This document shows positions 54,186 to 64,000 of a DNA stretch of 64,000 bases, one piece after another. Position numbers and translations under genes: made by a program. Each line of letters opens with the position of its first letter. Positions within the stretch are counted from its first letter, which is position 1. The notes under the pieces were generated by a model. That model ran no database searches. It was not told where the DNA came from and saw only the letters and a list, made by a program, of their open reading frames with translations. Location of the stretch: positions 21,640,001 to 21,704,000 of the forward strand of contig CM059433.1 of the NCBI GenBank assembly GCA_030390025.1, written 5' to 3'. This stretch comes from Squalus acanthias. Lineage: Eukaryota.

Positions 54186-56633
54186 AGAAACATAGAAACA
54201 TAGAAGATAGGAGCAGGAGTAGGCCATTCGGCCGCTCGAGCCTGCACCGCCATTCAATGCGATCATGGCTGATCATCCAAATTCAGTACCCTGTCCCTGC
54301 TTTCTCCCCATATCCCTTGATCCCCTTAGCCTTAAGAAATATATCTAACTCCTTCTTGAATATATTTAATGAATTGGACTCAACTGTCTTCTGTGGTAGA
54401 GAATTCCACAGGTTCACTACTCTCTGGGTGAAGAAATTCCTCCTCATCTCAGTCCTAAATGGCTTACCCCTTATCCTTAGACTGTGACCCCTGGTTCTGG
54501 ACTCCCCCGCCATCGGGAACAGCCTTCCTGCATCTAGTCTGTCTAGTCCTGTTAGAATTTTATAAATTTCAATGAGATTTCCTCTCATTCTTCTAAACTC
54601 GAGCGAATATAAGCCTAATCGACCCAATCTCTCATCATACATCATTCCTGCCATCCCAGGTAGCAGTCTGGTGAATCTTCGCTGCACTCTCTCCATGGCA
54701 AGAACATCCTTCCTCAGATAAGGCGACCAAAACTGCACACAATACTCAAGGTGTGGTCTTACCAAGAGCCCTGTACAACTGCAGCAAGACATCCTTGCTC
54801 CTGTACTCGAATCCTCTCGCTATGAAGGCCAACATACCATTTGCCTTCTTAACCGCCTGCTGCACCTGCATGCTTACCTTCAGCGACTGGTGCACAAGGA
54901 CATCCAGGTCTCGTTGCACTTCCCCTTTTCCCAATCTATTGCTGTTCAGATAATAATCTGCCTTCCTGTTTTTGCCACCAAAGTGGATAACCTCACATTT
55001 ATCCACATTATACTGCATCTGCCATGCATCTGCCCAATCACCCAACCTGTCCAACTCATACTGGAGTTTCTCTGCATCCTCCTCACAGCACACACACCCA
55101 CCCAGCTTTGTGTCGTCTGCAAACTTGGAGATATTACATCTAGTTCCCATGTCTAGATCATTAATATATATTGTGAGTAGCTGGGGTCCTAGCACCGATC
55201 CCTGCGGTACCCACTAGTCACTGCCTGCCACTCGGAAAAAGACCCGTTTATTCCAACTCTTTGCTTCCTGTCTGCCAACCAGTTTTCTATCCAAGTCAGT
55301 ACCTTACCCCCAATCCCATGTGCTTTAACTTTGCACGCTAATCTCTTATGCGGGACCTTATCGAAAGCCTTCTGAAAGTCCAAATATACCACATCCACTG
55401 GTTCTCTCTTGTCTATTCTACCAGTTACATCCTCAAAAAATTCCAGTAGATTAGTCAAGCATGATTTACCTTTTGTAAATCCACGTTGACTTTGTCCGAT
55501 CCTGTCACTGTTTTCCAAGTGCTCTGCTATTACATCTTTTATAATGGACTCTAGCATTTTCCCCACTACCGATGTCAGGCTTACCGGTCTATAATTCCCC
55601 GTTTTCTCTCTGCCACCTTTTTGAAATAGTGGGGTTACATTAGCTACCCTCCAATCCATGGGAACTGTTCCAGAGTCTATAGAATTTTGGAAGATGACCA
55701 GCAATGCATCTACTATTTCTAGGGCCACTTCCTTAAGTACCCTAGGATGTAGATTATCAGGCCCTGGGGATTTATCAGCCTTCAATCCCGTCAATTTCCC
55801 AAACACCATTTCCCTACAAATACTGATTTCATTCAGTTCCTCCCTCTCATTAGACCCTATGTTCCCCGACATCTATGGGAGGTTATTTGTGTCCTCCTTT
55901 GTGAAGACAGAACCAAAGTATGTATTTAATTGGTCTGCCATTTCTTTGTTCCCCGTTATAAATTCCCCTGAATCTGACTGCAAGGGGACCTATGCTTGAC
56001 TTCACCAATCTTTTTCTCTTCACATATCTTTAGAAGCTTTTACAGTCAGTTTTTATGTTCCCTGCAAGCTTACTCTCATACTCTATTTTCCCCCTCTTAA
56101 TTAATCCCTTTGTCCTCCTTTGCTGAAGCCTAAACTGCTCCCAATCCTCAGGTTTGCTGCTTTTTCTGGCCAATTTATATGTCTTCTCCTTGGATCTTAT
56201 GCTATCCCTAATTTCCCTTGTTAGCCACAGTTTAGTCACCTTTTTGTTTTATTTTTATGCCAAACTGGGATGAACAAATTCTGTAGTTCATCATGCGATC
56301 TTTAAATGTTTGCCATTGCCTATCCACCGTCAACCCTTTAAGTAACATTCCCCAATCCATCCTAGCCAACTCGTGCCTCATACCATCATAGTTTCCTTTA
56401 TTTAAATTCAGTACCCTAGTCTCTAAGTCAACTGCTACTTCACTCTCCATCTTGATGAAGAATTCTATCATATTATGATCGCTGCTCCCCAAGGGGCCTC
56501 GCACAACAAGATTGTTAATCAATCCTTTCTCATTACATAATACCCAGTCTAAGATGGCCTGATCTCTAGTTGGTTCCTCGACATATTGGTCCAGGAAACC
56601 ATCCCGTATACACTCTAGGAATTCCTCTTCCAC
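54186..56633 (-). mobile_element. CR1 LINE of another subfamily nested in the host CR1
   Basis: ORF2 motifs; tail (CTATGTTT)n; ATTT on both sides. Confidence 0.93.
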
Positions 56634-57931
56634 ATTTCTACCTGTGCTATTAATTCATCTGTTTTGTTGCAAATGCTTTGAGCATTCAGATATAGTGCCT
56701 TTAGCTTTGACTTATTTCTATTTTTCCCTGATGTCACCTCAGTCATTGATGTTACTCTCTCTGTCCCTTCTTGACCCACTCTGCTTATTTTTACTCAAAA
56801 CTCTACTCTGCTCTGGAGCCTTGACATTTCTCTTGCTGCTTTTAAATTTACTCTTTCCTAAATCCTCCCACCACCCCCTCCCCACCTTCATTAGTTTAAA
56901 GCTCTGTCTACTGCCCTAGTTATTCGATTCACCCGGTTTAAGTGGAGCCCGTCCCAACGGAACAGCTCCCTCTTTCCCCAGTACTGGTGCCAGTGCCCCA
57001 TGAAGCAAAACCCTGCCTCCCACACTACTCTCTGAGCCACGCAGCAATCAGCAGAGGAAAGGTACTTTGCCTGAAGGAAGTGACTCCTCAGTATTATGGA
57101 GTGAAGAATGTGCAAAACTCATCTCCTGATCGATCTACAGAATGCCAGATGATTATATGTCTGGACCCGAACAAAAGTACAGCTTGTTTATTATTGGAAT
57201 CTATCTCAGAAAGTCTGGGTGTTCAGAGTAACTCACAATCCCTAAAGTCAAGAAAACTTCGAAACAAACGACTGCAGTCTTCTCCTTGGATAGAGAAAAA
57301 GCTACCAGCAAGAGGGAAACACTCTAATTGAATTAACAGCCACCCAAAGTTATTGTTAGATATGGCTGCCAATAAATGACCAATTACTTGAGTGCTCTAA
57401 TAGGACTATCTGAAAGGAGAATGTTTGGTAGTTTAAACTCGAATAAGGTTGTGTATTTAACCAGTTTGGATTTGTGTTTTATTTGAAAAAAGAGGGATGA
57501 TATAATAGAAATGGAATGATAATTGCTTCATACACAGACTGTTTTTAGAGCACTTCGGATAATTATTTTTTTCCTTTGCTGCAACTCAAAAGGTCGGAGG
57601 GAGAGCCTATGATGCAGAATTCAAGAGCCCATAGGAGAGAGAAGCTGCTATAGAGACTGCTGTGAATGAAAATAATCTCGACTGGTACTTAGGGTGTCAC
57701 TGAAGTAAAACACATAACTATTTTACTTTACCCATTATATTAACCGTGCTGCTTTTATTTTTTAAACTACATCACTGAAGTTTAGATTATAAAATATATG
57801 CTGTGGTTGCAGTACATTCTTGGCATGCTCGGGGGAACAGTTGTTTGAAAGTTCATCCTTCTTTCCCCCAGCCCAAAACAACCATCTTTCTATGGTGAGA
57901 ACGGTTACACATTATTGCTTAAAGAGACACT

Positions 57932-58601
57932 GGGGCAGATTTTCTGACCTCCACCCACCTCTCCCCGATTTTCCCAGTACGTGTCTCACATACACCCAAT
58001 CTGAGCGCCGCTGATCCGGCTGTTTTTCCGGGTTCAGCACATTTACACATGGTGGGTGAGTGCCAGGCGGGATGCTGTCTTGGATTTAAGGGCTGATTTT
58101 AACTCGGAGCAGGAATCGGGGTGCAAAGGCCAAAGGGGGGGCATCGAACGGTCTGGTCCACCCCCGGAGCGTAAAGCCCAGGAAATTTTAACTCCCAGGC
58201 CTTATTTGCATGCCCTAACTCTGACTCCCACCCGAAGCCAGTGGGAATGATGTCACCGCCGGTGGGCGGGAGTCAAAATTGGTGGGGTGGAGCTAAGGAC
58301 GTTGCCGGGGACCCATGGAAACGGTCCTACGGTCCTCGGCAAGGTAAGTAGGGATTGTGATGTGGGAGGTTGGCAACTCTGCAACCTGGGTATGGGTAGC
58401 CCGGTGCAGTGCTTCAAAGGGGTCCAAACACTCAATCCTATATTAATTTAATTAATCAACTATCTTTGAAAGGTAAGAAATTGTCCTCAGCAGTGTGGTA
58501 CAGCTGATAATTTGTTCCTAGGAAATTTAAGATTGGTTGTTCGACAGGGATGTTGTTTGCATCTGCGATCTTGTGATGTCGGCCTCCCGAAAACATTGCC
58601 C
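57932..58601. mobile_element. Old Harbinger-type MITE
   Basis: GGGGCAGATTTTC ... GAAAACATTGCCC; flanks ACT / ATT; right end uncertain. Confidence 0.45.
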
Positions 58602-59231
58602 ATTGTTTAATTTTCGAGGGTGGTTGCGGTCACATGTGAATACATCAACCAATTACCTTGTCACACTTGTGTGTGTTTTGTAACCAAGTTGATTGATAAA
58701 AACAAATCTTCAGAGAGATTGCTCCTACATCAAAGGAGACCAAATGAATAAAGGCCCTAGGGCTGGGTGATTGTTTTTAGTTCTGGCTTTTGGCCAATAT
58801 TCTTTAAGGGTACAAAGAACTCAATGAACAGCCACTCACATTTCACAAGAGGTTGCTGAAAGGAGCGGAGATTAAATAAACTCTGAAACAATTATCCTAG
58901 GTGTATGTATTATAAATTGCTAGTTGCGCAGTTTTGTATTTTGTCTGTAGCTTTGCTTCTGTGAATTGTCCAATTGTAAATAAATTCAATCAGTGGTTTG
59001 TGTAAAGTGGAACTAGTATTTGATATTTCCACTTTGAGAGGCGATGTAATGAGCATCCTGCGTGTAGATCAGTCAGCAATTCACTGTGATCAAGTAACTC
59101 AGTATAGCAGAGAGTGAAAAACGTAAGTTTCAGACCATCAGGGGCAGGGTCCTCCCATTGGAGGCTGTTATAAGGCCATTTGAATGAGAAAACGCTGTTT
59201 CAAGAAGCTCAAACCATAATAGCATTTGTGA

Positions 59232-60297
59232 AAAAGAAAGAAAGACTTGCATTTATATAGCACCTTTCACGACCACCGGATGACCCAAAGCGCTTTACAG
59301 CCAATGAAGTAATTTTTGAAGTGTAGTCACTGTTGTAATGTAGGAAATGCGACAGCCAATTTGTGCACAACATAAATACTGTGGCCACAAGAGCAGGTCA
59401 GAGACTAGGTATTCTGTGGCGAGTGTCTCACCTCCTGACTCCCCAAAGCCTTTCCACCATCTACAAGGCACAAGTCAGAATACTCTCCACTTGCCTGGAT
59501 GAGTGCAGCTCCAACAACACACAAGAAGCTCGACACCATCAGGACAAAGCAGCCCGCTTGATTGGCACCCCATCCACCACCTTAAACATTCACTCCCTCC
59601 ACCACCGGCGCACCGTGGCTGCAGTGTGTACCATCTACAAGATGCACTGCAGCAACTCGCCAAGCCTTCTTCGGCAGCACCTGCCAAACCCGCGACCTCG
59701 ACCACCTAGAAGGACAAGGGCAGCAGGCACATGGTAACACCATCACCTCCAAATTCCCCTCCAAGATACACACCATCCTGACTTGGAAATATATCGCCGT
59801 TCCTTTATCGTCGCTGGGTCAAAATCCTGGGACTCCTTCCCTAACAGCACTGTGGGAGTACCTTCACCACACGGACTGCAGTGGTTCAAGAAGGCGGCTC
59901 ACCACCACCTTCTCGAGGGCAATTAGGGATGGGCAATAAATGCTGGCCTTGCTGGCGACGCCCACATCCCAGGAACGAATAAAAAAAAACAAGCTCCCAC
60001 AAACAGCAATGTAATAATGACCAGATCATCTGTTTTAGTGATGTTGGTTGAGGGATAAATATTGGCCCAGGACACCGGGGATAGCTCTCCTGCTCTCTTC
60101 AAAGTAGTGCCTTGGGATCTTTTACATCACCTGAGAGAGCAGTCGTGGCCTCGGTTTAACGTCTCATCTGAAAGATGGCACCTCCGACAGTGCAGCGCTC
60201 CCTCAGTACTGCACTGGAGTGTCAGCCTAGACTTTTGTGCTCAAGTCTCTGGAGTGGGACTTGAACCCACAACCTTCTGACTCCGAAGCGAGAGTAA
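59232..60297 (-). mobile_element. DeuSINE (SacSINE1-like), nearly full length, split by a LINE
   Basis: tRNA head with B-box GGTTCAAGTCC (about 60258-60268, - strand), Deu-like core, L2-type tail. Confidence 0.8.
59371..59988 (+). mobile_element. Crack/Daphne-like LINE 3' fragment (same family as 25781-26686)
   Basis: Near-identical sequence; A-tail; host TTGTGCAC...CAAGCTCCC rejoins across it. Confidence 0.85.
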
Positions 60298-60447
60298 AGA
60301 AAATGACGTGATTCTTTGAATGCTGCTTCACCCTCACTAAGCCCCTTCAAAAATAAAATTAGCAACTCATAGATTATATAATTGAAAAAGCAGGAAGCGT
60401 CTCATAAGGACGGAAGGGTAATGTTTGTTCCATTTTTAAAATAATAA

Positions 60448-60675
<228 letters not shown>

Positions 60676-61681
60676 TGATGCAAAGCTTTTATATTTACAT
60701 ATGTTAAACTGGTTTAAAAAAAAAGAGTAGTGCAGTGGATTATTCAATGGGAGTGAATCACAATAGTGGAAGAACACTGAATGCCTATCGACAACATAGA
60801 ACTTGTAATACTGCCGTATCAAGTATGTCATATCTTAAATCTGTTGGTAAAATAGGTCAATTGCTTTATTCCCTGTTTACCTCTGAAATTCCTAAATCTA
60901 CCTCGCACCGACATTCAGTTCAATGCTAAGAAAGCAAAAGCTATTAAAAGAAACCGGAGAGCCTGGTGTATACTTTATGAAGTAAGAAAATTGAGAGTAA
61001 GTAAAAGTTACGTTCCAGAGTTAGCTGATGAAAGTGTAAGATGCGTCGACTGAACAGTTGTTGGAGCAAATTAGATGGGAGGAAAATTCTATTTCAGTGG
61101 GGGTGCAAAACAAGTTGTAATGGATCAGCTGGCCTTATACACCCTGCCCGATTCTCATTTCCATTGAATTCAACGGGTGGCCGATCTGCTGCCGCCTATT
61201 TTTTGCCCCCTCTAAAGTTGAATTTTCCCTCCTAAATGTTAAACAATTTTGCACACAGAGGACTCAGATTATATTTGGGCCGGATTTTGTCCTTGAGCTA
61301 GTGGAAGTGTCAAGAGCCTTAATCCGGAAATGGAATTTTTTTAAGCCCCCACGTGGGCTTTTAATATCAGGGATCCTATGATCGTTCCATTGTTCTGCAG
61401 TGTAACTGGAGCAAGTGATTTATTACCACTCAGATCTGCTCATAAACTGCCATTTTCAGCGCCTCTGTGATTTTTTTAATACAAATTGGTGGTATATAGG
61501 CTGCAAATCATGCTGGGCATTGTAAGTGTAGGAATTTTGCAGCATTAGTTGCAGGATATCATGCCATGCAAATCACCTGCCCTAACTGTAACCTTCTCAG
61601 AATCTGCCAGCGAGTGCATATCAGCAGCCTGATAAATGATCTGACACACAATTCTATGACTGAGCCATGGTGGACGCATAT

Positions 61682-62405
61682 GGAGCCCGATGTTTACTCG
61701 GGGCCGTGGCGAGAGCAGGGGGTGGAGGGCGGAGGGGGGGTGGGGTGGGGAAGATTTCCGGACGGGTTTCCCGGACGTCCTGCAGAAATTAACTGCAGGA
61801 CGTCATTAAAATGTTTCCAGTAGGTTTCCCACCTGACAGCCAGTCTGATTGACAGGCTTGCCAGCCTATCGGGCGGGAAAGTAGCCGGAGAGCGGATGCC
61901 AGGTAAGTAGGAGATTGTAAGGGGGGAGGGGGGGCTAGTTGGAGATCACGGGGTTGGGGGGAGTCGGAGATTGGTGGGGTAGGAGTCGGAGATCGCAAGG
62001 TTGGGGGTTGTCAGCCAATCTCGGGGTGTGTAAAGTGGTTTGCTTGTTGGGCCTGGAGGAAACATTCTTGCTCCTTGTGGCCCACAAGCAGTGCTGTCAT
62101 TGCAGTTACCTCATGGATCCGGCCCTTCACGCCTCCTTTTACCGACTGGGATTCCCCAGCCCCAGGAAACCCCGCACAGACATCTCGGTTAAAAATAAAA
62201 ATCCTGTTAAAATGGAGGCACGCTGCCTCCTTAAAAGATTTTACTGATGGACCCGCCTCCTGAGAGTGGATTGGTCGCCCGCCCCCGACCCACCTCCATT
62301 AAAACTGGAAGTTGGAGGTGGGTTGGAGTCGGGTTTGAGATTTAAGTTATTTTTACCTCTCACCCACCCCCAACCCACCCGTCCTTGGGGGTTAAAATTA
62401 CCCCC
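61682..62405. mobile_element. Harbinger-type MITE (family B)
   Basis: Right end GTTAAAATTACCCCC; the reverse complement aligns with 8741 onward. Confidence 0.65.
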
Positions 62406-62575
62406 CTAAGATTCTTATTTTATTTTCACTGGCATTTCCCACATATGATTTACAAAAAACAGACTATGGCCCGGCATTTCTCTGCAGCCAGTCCCACTCC
62501 TCCATCATAATTTTGCTGAAAGAGCAGTGGATAGCCCCTTTACACCGGGTCTTTGTCACAGCAGTCCATATTGGT

Positions 62576-63720
62576 ATGCTCCATCTCACCCTCAGTAAGC
62601 TCCCTGCTGGAGTGGAGCTAATCTACAGAACAAACGGGAAACTGTTCAACCTCCGTCGCCTCCAGTCCAGATCCAAGGTCGTCCCATCCCCTGTCATCGA
62701 ATTACAGTATGCAGACGACGCTTGCGTCTGCGCACACTCTGAGGCCGAACTCCAAACCATCGTCAACACCTTCACCGAAGCGTACGAGAGCATGGGCCTT
62801 ACACTAAACATCCGTAAGATAAAGGTCCTCTACCAACCTGCCCTCGCCACACAGTACTGCTCCCTAATTATCAAAATCTATGACGAGGCCTTGGACAATG
62901 TGGACCACTTTTCATACCTCGGGAGCCTACTGTCAACAAGGGCAGACGTCGATGACGAAGTCCAACACCGCCTTCAGTGTGCCAGTGCACCCTTCGGTCG
63001 CCTGAGGAAGAGAGTGTTTGAAGACCAGGACCTCAAACCCGGCACCAAGCTCATGGTCTACAGAGCAGTAGTAATACCCGCCCTCCTGTATGCCTCAGAG
63101 ACATGGACCATGTACAGCAGGCTCCTCAAAGCACTGGAGCGGTACCACCAATGCTGCCTCTGCAAGATCCTGCAAATCCATTGGCAGGATAGGTGCACCA
63201 ACATCAGTGTTCTCGCTCAGGCCAACATCCCCAGCATCGAAGCTTTGACCACGCTCGATCAGCTCTGATGGACGGGCCACATCATCTGCATGCCCGATAC
63301 GAGACTCCCAAAACAAGCGCTCTACTCGGAGCTTCGACACGGCAAGAGAGCCCCAGGTAGGCAGAGGAAACGCTTCAAGGACACCCTCAAAGCCTCCTTG
63401 AAAAAGTGCAACATCGCCACCGACTACTGGGAATCCCTGGCCCAAGACTGCACAAAGTGGAGGAGAAGCATCCGGGAAGGCACCGAACACCTCGAGTCTC
63501 TTCGGCGGGAGCAAGCGGAAGCCAAGCGCAAACAGCGGAAGGAGCGCACGTCAACCCAAGCACCCCACCCACCCGCCCCTTCAACCACCGTCTGCCCCAC
63601 CTGTGACAGAGACCGTAGGTCCCGCATTGGACTCATCAGTCACCTGAGAACTCATTTTTAGTGTGGAAGCAAGTCATCCTTGGTTCAGAGAGACTGCCTA
63701 AGAAGAAGAAAAGAAGAAGA
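62576..63720 (+). mobile_element. 5'-truncated RTE-clade LINE
   Basis: GKLFNLRRL, QYADD, YLGS, LLYASETW, RLPKQ.LY.EL..GKR; C-terminal CPTC...HLRTH; (AAG)n tail; one in-frame TGA at 63266. Confidence 0.92.
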
Positions 63721-64000
63721 CCCACTGATAGAGCTGGCTGTAACCTCATTGGGAGATTTCTAGTCAGTGTTCAGCATATATTATGTCCCTGAAATTCCGT
63801 GAGGTTCTCCCAGTCTCCCACTGTAACTGCGGCAGGTGATCAGCAGAAGTCCCAGAGAAAAGGAATAAATGGCTGTATTCCACTGGTCTCCTGCCAAAGA
63901 CACAGCAGAATTTCCAAGCCTATGTGTATCACAATGTTGGTCATGGGTCTATGTTAGACATACTTTTGTACTCGAAGTACCTACTGAAGTAAGAAAACTA

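Larger units (their letters stand above)
45063..57045 (-). mobile_element. Near-complete host CR1 (ORF1 esterase end, ORF2, tail) in four pieces: 56634-57045, 53089-54185, 48882-49568, 45063-46082
   Basis: Pieces rejoin across TSDs ATTT, AAA and AACC. ORF1 end RWDGLHLN (SGNH/GDSL esterase motif); ORF2 start LYLNAQSICNK...ETWL; FADD at about 45962-45973. Confidence 0.9.

Noticed and set aside
60240..60297. tRNA gene
   Set aside because: It is the tRNA-derived head of a SINE; no complete cloverleaf.

Overview
Eukaryotic, repeat-rich DNA from a vertebrate, very probably a shark or ray (HE1/V-SINE, SacSINE/DeuSINE-like SINEs and HER1-type CR1 LINEs are present). The window lies inside one very large gene. 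Four internal + strand exons (13593-13784, 19581-19707, 27059-27261, 60464-60655) splice in frame into Sushi-CUB-Sushi of a CSMD-family protein, best matching CSMD1. The rest is intron, much of it transposons: many CR1 copies (including a 12-kb nested stack at 45063-57045), L2, RTE, a Crack/Daphne-like LINE, Penelope ends with hammerhead-ribozyme cores, SINEs, a Tigger-like MITE and many PIF/Harbinger derivatives. Main observations: (1) two different Harbinger elements inserted independently at the same nucleotide of CR1 ORF2, and six insertions share a C-NNN-G target; (2) a Harbinger lineage lost its transposase core but kept a three-exon Myb/SANT gene of about 505 codons with only one stop; (3) a ~740-bp MITE family has hairpins with fully compensated base changes between copies. 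All family names come from motif recognition and memory, not database searches. No prokaryote-type system is present.
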